Virus record (IMG/VR): IMGVR_UViG_3300027608_000028 | Location: 6,306 to 70,305 of that record | Source of the DNA: a virus | Length of the DNA stretch: 64,000 nt | Strand: one strand, 5' to 3' | In this document: one piece after another, positions 36,453-44,259 of the stretch | How the letters are laid out: each line of letters begins with the position of its first letter | How positions within the stretch are numbered: the stretch's first letter is position 1 | Notes under the pieces: generated by a model | Databases searched by the model: none | What the model was told of the DNA's origin: nothing | What the model saw: only the letters and a program-made list of their open reading frames with translations | Translations under genes and position numbers: made by a program

Positions 36453-37513
36453 GTTGCTCTTTTATCTGACTTAAATTCCCATGTCCCGTCTTCGTAGACT
36501 GTAGTCTTACATATCTCTCTCCACAGTAAACGTTGACTGAAGATTTTAATTTTATTCAGATAGGAATCATGTTTTGTATAATCAACTATATATTCCTTAG
36601 GGAATCGACGCACACTATTAAAGTCGGTATAGTACGGGTCCACACTGGCATATTCAAAACTAAATGTCATAAATGGCTGACTTAAAAAGAATCTATATAC
36701 TTTATTAAACGTAGGCACTTCGGATAAATCTTGGATATTAGACCATATAAACGGATAGTGCATTTCTCCCTGATGTACAAATGCTTGGCCTATCCACCAA
36801 TATGCTTGATTTACACTTACAATATCAAACGGAGCTTTCTTACAAATTTCTTTAAAAAAGTGTACAAACAATCCTGTTTTATTAATGTCATTTAAATATG
36901 GCCAAAGAATTTCTTTAGGTTTATTTAATATTTCCGTGGTGCCTTCATGATAAAATACTGGAGTGTCGGTGTTACCAATAACATAGTCACCACTGTCTCC
37001 TGTGACTACCAATATGTTTGGGTCACACATCAGTGCGTTATAATCAACAGGAACAATTGGAATTTCAGGAAGTATGCGTTGGTAGAAAAATTCCGGATAC
37101 TCTTGAATACTTCCTGAACTCATTGAAACTACAAAATTACCAGAGTCGAGAAATTCTTTGTATTTTAGATGTTTCATTAACGCTATTAACACTGATGTGC
37201 TGTCAATTCCGCCACTGTACATTACTGCAATCTTTTTTCCCTTTGCTTTAACATATACATCGTTTGCTACTTCGTCATACAAAGAGAAAAATCTATCGCG
37301 CCAACTGCTACTGTTGCTAGATGGGAGATTTGTTAAATTATAAATTGGTTCCGGAACAATATTATTAAATTGGATAAGTTGTGGGTCAATGTCATCTAGT
37401 AAATTAAATCTATCAACTGGACAGGGGCCTGTTCCGTATATTGATTTATAATATTGTCTAAACGAATTTTCGCTGTAACTTTGATTAAATGTATTAAAAA
37501 ATTGAAGTCTCAT
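36449..37513 (-). CDS. PP-loop (adenine nucleotide alpha-hydrolase-like) protein
   Basis: 'VMYSGGIDSTSVL', 'VVTGDSGD'. Confidence 0.8.
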   Translation of the reverse strand: MRLQFFNTFNQSYSENSFRQYYKSIYGTGPCPVDRFNLLDDIDPQLIQFNNIVPEPIYNLTNLPSSNSSSWRDRFFSLYDEVANDVYVKAKGKKIAVMYSGGIDSTSVLIALMKHLKYKEFLDSGNFVVSMSSGSIQEYPEFFYQRILPEIPIVPVDYNALMCDPNILVVTGDSGDYVIGNTDTPVFYHEGTTEILNKPKEILWPYLNDINKTGLFVHFFKEICKKAPFDIVSVNQAYWWIGQAFVHQGEMHYPFIWSNIQDLSEVPTFNKVYRFFLSQPFMTFSFEYASVDPYYTDFNSVRRFPKEYIVDYTKHDSYLNKIKIFSQRLLWREICKTTVYEDGTWEFKSDKRAT

Positions 37514-37547
37514 TATAGTAGTATTTATTATTTTATTTTTATAGGAT

Positions 37548-37697
37548 CTATCGTTTTTCTCTTTTACGCCATTCTAAACATATTACATGTCGATTATAAA
37601 CGTCTCCGGTCCATGTCCATCGCACACACTCCCACTCAGGCCATTTTTTAATATCTGGTTCCTTGGCCAAAGCAAATATTAAGATCCATTCAAACAT
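37548..37697 (-). CDS. 49-aa Trp/Cys-containing protein
   Basis: MFEWILIFALAKEPDIKKWPEWECVRWTWTGDVYNRHVICLEWRKREKR. Confidence 0.65.
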   Translation of the reverse strand: MFEWILIFALAKEPDIKKWPEWECVRWTWTGDVYNRHVICLEWRKREKR

Positions 37698-37810
37698 TAT
37701 TTTCTATCTTTTAACCAGTCTTTAAACATCACGCAGAACACAGCAACTAGCGGCATCATGCATAAGAAGAATACGAGATCGTTTGTTGTAATGATTATAT
37801 TAAAATACAT
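37697..37810 (-). CDS. 37-aa single-TM peptide
   Basis: MYFNIIITTNDLVFFLCMMPLVAVFCVMFKDWLKDRK; TAATG coupling. Confidence 0.6.
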   Translation of the reverse strand: MYFNIIITTNDLVFFLCMMPLVAVFCVMFKDWLKDRK

Positions 37811-37813
37811 AAG

Positions 37814-38428
37814 TTAGCCTCCAATTGCTTTGTCTCTTTCTGCACGTTCTTTTATGTCACGTTCTTTTTGTTGTTGTCGTATAATTAAATTTCGTTTAGC
37901 AACTTTTTCTTCATAGATTCTTTTTTCTTCCATGGCCCCATATATCCCAACACCGGCCATAACAAAACAAAATAAAAACGCACTGAATGCTATGAAATAC
38001 ATAGCAAATATGAATTGGTCTGCCATTTTCTTTTTATGCGCTAATTGGCGCTTGTCTTCTTCTAGCTCAGCTTCTGCACGTTCTTTGAATAAACGTGTGC
38101 GTTCCTTAATCATGTGTTCCCACATCTCTGGCTTGTTTAACGTCCACAGAATCATGTCTTTAAGTTCACGTTCTGCTTGTCTTAGTGCGTCACTGTGCAT
38201 AGCGATTTGAAGTGCTTCGTGGCCTAATTCTGCATCAGTTTTGCCAAGACGCATGCCTTTGGCTTTTACTTTGGTTTTTTCACGGTGAATTGCGTCAGAA
38301 GATTCGAAGAATTTACTAAACTGTCCGGCCAAACTGTTGATATCTTTGCCCAGAGCTATGGCTTGCTTTATGTGACCAACCGCTGATTGGGCGGCCGCAA
38401 ATGCAAGCCCTATAGTAATTGGGTCCAT
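37814..38428 (-). CDS. Membrane-anchored coiled-coil protein
   Basis: 'MDPITIGLAFAAA', late TM, AGGAG SD. Confidence 0.8.
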   Translation of the reverse strand: MDPITIGLAFAAAQSAVGHIKQAIALGKDINSLAGQFSKFFESSDAIHREKTKVKAKGMRLGKTDAELGHEALQIAMHSDALRQAERELKDMILWTLNKPEMWEHMIKERTRLFKERAEAELEEDKRQLAHKKKMADQFIFAMYFIAFSAFLFCFVMAGVGIYGAMEEKRIYEEKVAKRNLIIRQQQKERDIKERAERDKAIGG

Positions 38429-38556
38429 GTGTATATCTCCTGACTCTTACCAATATTTACCAAAATTTTGGATAACATTTAGGTCGTAAAAAAAGAGCTA
38501 ACAGCCCTTTAGTGCTGGTTACGAGATCCAGCGTCCACCCTATTTTGTGGCCGGTT

Positions 38557-39273
38557 TCAACTCCAATATCTAGATGAATCTAAACTGTCCCAATATGCTT
38601 TATTGTTACGATTAGCAAAATTCTTGACTAGATATTTGGCCATGCCCATATATCCCATCTTCTTAAATCTACGTGAATCTTGCCCAAAGTGGTGCCGAAC
38701 AATTTTAAACTTTTTAGGACTGTATTTCCTGGATAAAAAGAAGTCCTCACTTGTTGAGAAGTTTTCAGGAAACCCGCCATACTCTTCAAATTTATCTGTA
38801 CGTGTTAGCATGAAGGCTCCCACGGCAAATGGTGAGAAGAATTTCAATGTGTGATTAATCAGGTTAAAGGCAGTAAACCCAATCTTAGCACGTAGGTCCT
38901 TGTCATAGCACTTGATGTTTAAGCCGATAAGGTCCAAGTTCTTTAATTCCATTGCGTTGACAGTATCTTGAATAACAGTATTCTTGAAGAAGCGAACATC
39001 CGCATCGATGAATAATATATATGGTGTGGCGACTAAACGTGCTCCGTTATTCTTGGCAATACTAACAGGCCCACCATCAATGATTTCAACATTCAATCCA
39101 TGGCTGTTATCTTGTATTACTTGTCTAGTATTGTCAGTACTACAGTCAGCAATAATAACTCTGGTATTGCCGATGTTTTGTCCACGCAGTGAATCCAACA
39201 AATGATGAATGTAATTTTCTTCATTCTTGCAGGGCACTACTATAGTAATCTTATCGCTTATTGTCGTTTGCAT
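38557..39273 (-). CDS. Family 2 glycosyltransferase
   Basis: 'IVVPCKNEE', 'DCSTDNT', 'FIDAD', 'SEDF'. Confidence 0.92.
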   Translation of the reverse strand: MQTTISDKITIVVPCKNEENYIHHLLDSLRGQNIGNTRVIIADCSTDNTRQVIQDNSHGLNVEIIDGGPVSIAKNNGARLVATPYILFIDADVRFFKNTVIQDTVNAMELKNLDLIGLNIKCYDKDLRAKIGFTAFNLINHTLKFFSPFAVGAFMLTRTDKFEEYGGFPENFSTSEDFFLSRKYSPKKFKIVRHHFGQDSRRFKKMGYMGMAKYLVKNFANRNNKAYWDSLDSSRYWS

Positions 39274-39428
39274 ACGCCTTCTACCTTAAAACTATTAAAC
39301 TTTAACTGCCATTTCATTGACGTCAGAGCTACTTCGCAACTTAGTTGATCTTTGAATGTTAGTTCTATTCTTCCTGGAACGTCCTGTGGATTGTTCACGT
39401 GAACTGCTATCAGTATTAGTATCCACAT
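39258..39428 (-). CDS. 56-aa protein overlapping the 3' end of the phosphoesterase gene
   Basis: AAGGAG SD then MWILILIAVHVNNPQDVPGRIELTFKDQLSCEVALTSMKWQLKFNSFKVEGVCKRQ. Confidence 0.65.
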   Translation of the reverse strand: MWILILIAVHVNNPQDVPGRIELTFKDQLSCEVALTSMKWQLKFNSFKVEGVCKRQ

Positions 39429-40179
39429 CGTCTTTCTCCTTGGTCCAAGTTATAATTTCCCACTGTCCGCTATGATGTTCTACCAGTGCAGTACATGACT
39501 CAACCCAATCACCGTCATTCATGTATGTAACACCGTTGATTTCTTTTATCTCTGCGTGGTGTATGTGTCCACAGATCACTCCATCAAAGCCACGTTTCTT
39601 GCAATAGTTAGCCAAGTTCTCTTCAAACTTGAACACAAAGTCTACAGCTTTCTTAACTCTATGTTTAAGGTACTGACTTAAACTCCAATAACCAAAACCC
39701 ATCTTATGACGTATCCAGTTAAACTTACCATTAAGGTATAGTACTAAGTCGTAGGCTTTGTCTCCGAGAAATGCTAGCCACGGAGCAAGACGTGTAATGC
39801 CGTCAAACAAATCGCCATGTGTAACTAGATAGTGTTTACCGTCTGCACCTATATGTTCTATCTGATTGTGTATCTCTACTAGACCGAAACTAAAACCATA
39901 TGGTATCATAGGTCTTAGAAATTCATCGTGATTGCCTGCTATGAATATAACGCGGGTACCTCGCTTGGCGTGTCCTAGTACACGACGAACAACATTAGTG
40001 TGGCTTTGTTTCCATCGCCATTTGTTTTGTTGTATTTTCCAGGCGTCGATTATATCGCCTACAAGATATAGTGTGTCACAACTATTATGCTTGAGAAAAT
40101 TATTGAGCTGTTCCGCCTTGCAGTCTGTTGTACCTAAGTGGACATCGCTCACAAAAATACTTCTGTAAGTTTTCTGCAT
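39295..40179 (-). CDS. PlcP/LpxH2-family metallophosphoesterase (phospholipase C-like)
   Basis: 'SDVHLG', 'LVGDIIDAW', 'GNHDEFLR', 'HGDLFD', 'LAFLGDKAY', 'CGHIH', 'NDGDWVESCTALVE'. Confidence 0.9.
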   Translation of the reverse strand: MQKTYRSIFVSDVHLGTTDCKAEQLNNFLKHNSCDTLYLVGDIIDAWKIQQNKWRWKQSHTNVVRRVLGHAKRGTRVIFIAGNHDEFLRPMIPYGFSFGLVEIHNQIEHIGADGKHYLVTHGDLFDGITRLAPWLAFLGDKAYDLVLYLNGKFNWIRHKMGFGYWSLSQYLKHRVKKAVDFVFKFEENLANYCKKRGFDGVICGHIHHAEIKEINGVTYMNDGDWVESCTALVEHHSGQWEIITWTKEKDDVDTNTDSSSREQSTGRSRKNRTNIQRSTKLRSSSDVNEMAVKV

Positions 40180-40189
40180 TAAGTATTTA

Positions 40190-40218
40190 ATGAAAAACCG
40201 ATTACAAACAGATTACAA
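40190..40218 (-). promoter_or_regulatory. Pho-box-like 11-bp-periodic direct repeat upstream of the plcP-like gene
   Basis: TGTAAT-N5-TGTAAT-N5-TTTCAT, immediately before TAAATA (40184-40189). Confidence 0.55.
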
Positions 40219-40257
40219 AACCAATATTGAGCAATTATTTTTATCGGTAAATACACA

Positions 40258-40905
40258 GTGGCCAAGACAATCGCATTATTCTTACACGACCCTAAATGTT
40301 CTGTGCAAAGCGGTAACGGGATCATCAGGGCGCTTTCGCCACATTATAATTTTAAAATATTCGGAAAAAATACATTAGAAGATTGCTTCTTTGACGACGT
40401 CGACATGATTGCAATACCTGGAGGAGTAGGAGATGCAGATACATTTTCTTACTTGCTGACAAACAATGGACAACGAATTAGACAATTTATTAAACATGGT
40501 GGGAAATATCTAGGCATCTGCATGGGCGGTTACTGGGCAGGGAAACACTATCTTAATATCTTAGAGGGAGTAGATACTGTTCAATATATTACTCGTCCAG
40601 ATACAGATACTCGCAGACCACATGCCAAGGGTCAATCAGTGCTATGGAAAGGCCAAGAAGAGAACATGTTTTTTTATGACGGGTGTGCAGTAGTTGGCCC
40701 GAATATTGATACTTGTGATATCTGGTCGTTATACCCCAATGGCGATCCCATGGCAATTATACAAAATAACATAGGGATCATCGGCTGTCATCCTGAAAGT
40801 GAAAAATTTTGGTATGACGGCTGGACTTGGATGGCACCGCATTGGCACGAAGATAGACATCACCGCTTGCTGTTAGAGTTTACCGACACGCTGATGTCGA
40901 AGTAA
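40258..40905 (+). CDS. BPL_N / class I glutamine-amidotransferase-like protein
   Basis: 'AIPGG', 'GGKYLGICMGGY', 'GCHPE'; TAAATA 4 nt before the GTG. The only convincing + strand gene. Confidence 0.88.
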   Translation: MAKTIALFLHDPKCSVQSGNGIIRALSPHYNFKIFGKNTLEDCFFDDVDMIAIPGGVGDADTFSYLLTNNGQRIRQFIKHGGKYLGICMGGYWAGKHYLNILEGVDTVQYITRPDTDTRRPHAKGQSVLWKGQEENMFFYDGCAVVGPNIDTCDIWSLYPNGDPMAIIQNNIGIIGCHPESEKFWYDGWTWMAPHWHEDRHHRLLLEFTDTLMSK

Positions 40906-40906
40906 C

Positions 40907-41470
40907 TTATTCCCACTTTAAAAAATTAGCAAATAGCTCTTGTGCTCGTTGAAAGGTTATGCCTTCCATGTTACTTGCGTCTAACAAATCAAAACTCATA
41001 CATAGTCTAGACTTGGATCCGTTTGTTATATTGTGTGGTACACCAGTTTGGCAAACACTGGGGCTCTTAACTAGATGTGAGTATATTACTTGACATTTGT
41101 CGTCAGGAAAAGTAATATAAGGTGTATTTGCATTTGATACTCCAGCAACTGTTTGAAATGCAGGATCAAAATCAAACCAGTTCATCATACTATTATCGTC
41201 TTGCCCATATATCCAGTTCATTTTAACTTTGTCGCCCAGGCCTCTGTCAACATGAATTTCCCCTACGTGATGTGCAGGTCGAAATATTATTTCAACCATA
41301 TTAATTTTAACGCCTACTTCTTTTAGCCATTCATATAACGCAGGATTTATATATCTAAATCTATCAATTTTAGTATGTCTGTATTCTGCAGATTTAAGTA
41401 TGTTAGCAGGAAACATAGGATCCTTAAATGGCTCAACTGGGCAGTCTACGTGGAAACAATAATTGTTCAT
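40907..41470 (-). CDS. Cupin/2OG-Fe oxygenase-like protein
   Basis: 'IHVD...VPHNITN...RLCMS'. Confidence 0.65.
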   Translation of the reverse strand: MNNYCFHVDCPVEPFKDPMFPANILKSAEYRHTKIDRFRYINPALYEWLKEVGVKINMVEIIFRPAHHVGEIHVDRGLGDKVKMNWIYGQDDNSMMNWFDFDPAFQTVAGVSNANTPYITFPDDKCQVIYSHLVKSPSVCQTGVPHNITNGSKSRLCMSFDLLDASNMEGITFQRAQELFANFLKWE

Positions 41471-42171
41471 GATCTTATCTTTGCAAGTCTTACTAACCTA
41501 AATAAACTTAACCACATCCACCCTGCATCAAACTCAAACCAACGACGACTTAGTCGAGGGTTAGCAGGATCCAAATGATGGTTATTATGCAGGCATTCGC
41601 CGCCAACAATAATATCCCAAGGAACAATGTTTCTACTGTGATCTTTAGTTTCGCCATTTCGATATCCTATCCAATGTCCTACACCGTTGATGACTCCTGC
41701 GGCCCAGAAAGGAATCCAAATCATTTGGATGCCCCATATTAACAATCCCCACCAGCCAAAACAAAGTAGATTTACAAGCAATAACAAAGTAATTCCTAGT
41801 TTGCTGTGTTTGGTATATACGTTTTTCTCCATCCAGTCGTTGGGTGTGCCTTGCCCGTATGTGGCAACCATTGCAGAGTCTTTGCTGGCTGTGTGATACA
41901 AGAATGCTCCACGAAACAGCACATGCCATATGCCGTATACGTGTGGACTGTGTGGGTCGCCGTCCTGCTCGGTAAATCTATGATGTTTGCGGTGTACTGC
42001 TACCCATTGCTTAGTGATCATGCCGGTTGTAAGCCAAAGCCAGGCTCGCATAAAGTGTTCTAGTATAGGATGGAATTGGATTCCTTTGTGTGCTTGTCCT
42101 CTGTGTAAAAACAGAGTAACACATATGATAGTGATATGTGTTACTACAAGAGTGTATATAATTATGTTCAT
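41467..42171 (-). CDS. Delta-9-type (DesA-like) fatty-acid desaturase
   Basis: HRGQAH, HRKHH, HNNHH; 'GDPHSP', 'WAAGVINGVGHW', 'WFEFDAGW'. Confidence 0.95.
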   Translation of the reverse strand: MNIIIYTLVVTHITIICVTLFLHRGQAHKGIQFHPILEHFMRAWLWLTTGMITKQWVAVHRKHHRFTEQDGDPHSPHVYGIWHVLFRGAFLYHTASKDSAMVATYGQGTPNDWMEKNVYTKHSKLGITLLLLVNLLCFGWWGLLIWGIQMIWIPFWAAGVINGVGHWIGYRNGETKDHSRNIVPWDIIVGGECLHNNHHLDPANPRLSRRWFEFDAGWMWLSLFRLVRLAKIRS

Positions 42172-42178
42172 AACATAC

Positions 42179-43069
42179 TTATCTTGCAAGACATTGTCTA
42201 TAGTTACGTTTTTCCGGGTCTAAATGTAAAGGGTTACAGTCTCTCCAACTAGGTTCCATATTTTCTGCTTGGTCTTTATCTTGGGCCCACGCAGTTTCCC
42301 ATACTTGTTCATTGACTGCCCAATTTTCTTCTGGGTAATTAAAATCTCTGTATTTAAAAATATGACTAATTGTTTCTGTGTCTGACTTTGGTTCATTAAT
42401 CATTACAAAAACTGCACCAGGTTGCCATTCAAACATTGTTCCTGGATATTGTGCTAGCCATACTGCATTGTACGCTAATCCTTTACCTTTAATAAATTTA
42501 GTAAAATCTGTTTCTTCAGTCATTGACCCGACGACATATTGTGCGCTTCCACCATCCCACCGCTTCCATGTTATTTCTTCTACATTAGGTACATTAATTT
42601 TAGCATATACTCCGGGGTGAACTAACGGTATATGATCTATGTCTAAAAATAAATCCATAATTGGAACATAATTAGATTTAATTACGTCTTGTCGATATTC
42701 TACTAATTTATAGTCGCCGACGATATTTCTATCCAATGGTACAGGATCTGTGAATAAGAACCCACTCCATTCAAATACAGGCTCTGTTGTTAAAGGATGA
42801 TTATTTTTGCAAGGCATGGATCCTGTACTGTGTCCCACAGTGCCGCTACCTTTTGGTGTTCCATTCTTATCCCAACTCCAGCCATGGTATGGACAAACTG
42901 CATGTAGGTTTGTTCCTGCACCTTTTCGTATACGACTACCTTGATGCGTACAAATATTGCTTTGTAATGTAAAGTTACCTTCAACATTTAGCAATGTTTT
43001 TTTAGACTGAAATTGTTCTAGAACTTTCCAACTTCCCTGAGGGATATCATTGATGTGTGCTAAAAACAT
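42179..43069 (-). CDS. Rieske non-heme iron oxygenase alpha-subunit-like protein
   Basis: 'CTHQG...CPYHGW'; 'DIDHIPLVH'; 'QD'. Confidence 0.9.
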   Translation of the reverse strand: MFLAHINDIPQGSWKVLEQFQSKKTLLNVEGNFTLQSNICTHQGSRIRKGAGTNLHAVCPYHGWSWDKNGTPKGSGTVGHSTGSMPCKNNHPLTTEPVFEWSGFLFTDPVPLDRNIVGDYKLVEYRQDVIKSNYVPIMDLFLDIDHIPLVHPGVYAKINVPNVEEITWKRWDGGSAQYVVGSMTEETDFTKFIKGKGLAYNAVWLAQYPGTMFEWQPGAVFVMINEPKSDTETISHIFKYRDFNYPEENWAVNEQVWETAWAQDKDQAENMEPSWRDCNPLHLDPEKRNYRQCLAR

Positions 43070-43088
43070 ATAGTATATTTATATATAA

Positions 43089-43110
43089 GAAACCCGCCGA
43101 AGCGGGTTTC
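43089..43110 (-). terminator. Terminator closing the tmRNA gene
   Basis: GAAACCCGC-TTCG-GCGGGTTTC. Confidence 0.85.
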
Positions 43111-43472
43111 TGGTGGTTTCTGTTACGAGGCATTTCCTGCCCTAAGTGGCTGTTAGGCCGCTAATGCGAACTGTGAGTCGTTTGCGGTTACTTTTGTTTA
43201 GTTTTTACGACTATCGCTGTCGTGCTGTCCACTCTGTTACTTGTTGCCCTGTCGAATCTAGGTCAGGCCCATCAAAAGAAAATTACACATCTTTTTTGTG
43301 ATGCGGTTTGATATTGAGACCGTATAGATAACTAACACCGCACACTGACAACACTATCATCACTGCGACAAATACTATTACCTCGATCATTTAATTTCCT
43401 TTTGGTGGACCTGGGGGGATTCGCACCCCCGTCCAGAACACTTTTCTCTTTGCTTCATACAGCAATAACTCT
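43111..43472 (-). ncRNA. ssrA: Circularly permuted (two-piece) tmRNA; tag ANDSQFALAA*
   Basis: The acceptor piece ending ...GGGGGTGCGAATCCCCC-CAGGTCC-ACCA (43403) comes first. The coding piece starts GGGCCTGACCTAGATTCGAC (43270). G3.U70 pair present; tag at 43153-43185. Outer ends are approximate. Confidence 0.92.
43283..43390 (-). CDS. 35-aa single-TM peptide inside the tmRNA intervening segment
   Basis: AAGGA SD; MIEVIVFVAVMIVLSVCGVSYLYGLNIKPHHKKDV. Confidence 0.65.
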   Translation of the reverse strand: MIEVIVFVAVMIVLSVCGVSYLYGLNIKPHHKKDV

Positions 43473-43486
43473 TACTACATATCATA

Positions 43487-43582
43487 CGGAAGAAGGTAGG
43501 GGATTCGGACCCCTGGGAGGTGTTGTTAAGAACCTTCGCTAGTTTCGGAAACTAGTACTTTAAGCCACTCAGTCAACCTTCC
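43487..43582 (-). tRNA. Atypical long-variable-arm (Ser-like) tRNA with CCG anticodon; possibly a pseudo-tRNA
   Basis: GGAAGGT...GAGTGGCTTAAAG, arm CTAGT-TTCCGAA-ACTAG, long variable arm, T arm AGGGG-TCCGAAT-CCCCT, 3' ACCTTCTTCCG. Confidence 0.7.
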
Positions 43583-43586
43583 GTCG

Positions 43587-43751
43587 TTACTCTCTAATTA
43601 CCTTCTTTACTTCAAAACTTGAAGTGTCGCTTTTATTAGGATCATGTTCATTGATCCAGTCTCTTGCTACTTGAAATGGATCGGCTGTTCCTTTAATTAC
43701 TTCTGCAACTTTTTCTTTGTTTACATATATTTCAAAAACTACTGTTGACAT
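43587..43751 (-). CDS. 54-aa hypothetical protein
   Basis: MSTVVFEIYVNKEKVAEV...KKVIRE; AAGGA SD. Confidence 0.6.
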   Translation of the reverse strand: MSTVVFEIYVNKEKVAEVIKGTADPFQVARDWINEHDPNKSDTSSFEVKKVIRE

Positions 43752-43941
43752 TTGATTTTCCTTCAATTATAAATTTTACAATGCCGGATTGTTTTTCAAA
43801 AACAATACGATTATCATGTCCTACTCTAACACTAAACACATCTCCGTTAGAAACACCTATTTGTTCTGGTGTAAGTTCCGGGTCCATTGCTATACTTCCG
43901 CTAGGGAGTAAGTTAAAATTGTAGTCGACAAACATAGTCAT
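43732..43941 (-). CDS. Small AbrB-like hypothetical protein
   Basis: 'EQIGVSNGDVFSV...RIVFEK'. Confidence 0.6.
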   Translation of the reverse strand: MTMFVDYNFNLLPSGSIAMDPELTPEQIGVSNGDVFSVRVGHDNRIVFEKQSGIVKFIIEGKSNVNSSF

Positions 43942-43951
43942 AGTACACTAT

Positions 43952-44251
43952 TTACTCACTGGCCATGTTCTGGTCTACAACTATAAACGCAATATTGGGG
44001 AAGGCTTGCTTTAATTTGAGTTTAAGCTCATCTTCTGATACTGCTTGTGCAATAAACTGAGATGTTGTTTTGTTATATAAAAACAACCCTTCGTTATGTT
44101 TCTCTAACCATGCTATTACTACGTTATTTTTTATTTCTTTCCTAACTTCTGCTCGAAGTTCGGCTCGTCGGGAAGATACCAAAATAGCACGGTATACAAA
44201 CCAGCAACAAAATACTATAATTAGATAGTCATAAAAAGAAAAGTTTTCCAT
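43952..44251 (-). CDS. Membrane-anchored hypothetical protein
   Basis: N-terminal TM. Confidence 0.7.
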   Translation of the reverse strand: MENFSFYDYLIIVFCCWFVYRAILVSSRRAELRAEVRKEIKNNVVIAWLEKHNEGLFLYNKTTSQFIAQAVSEDELKLKLKQAFPNIAFIVVDQNMASE

Positions 44252-44259
44252 ATTCTTAT

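Noticed and set aside
43271-43402. tmRNA spacer as a group I intron or integrated element
   Set aside because: Too short, no intron core or att duplication; the CCA-first arrangement is explained by permutation.
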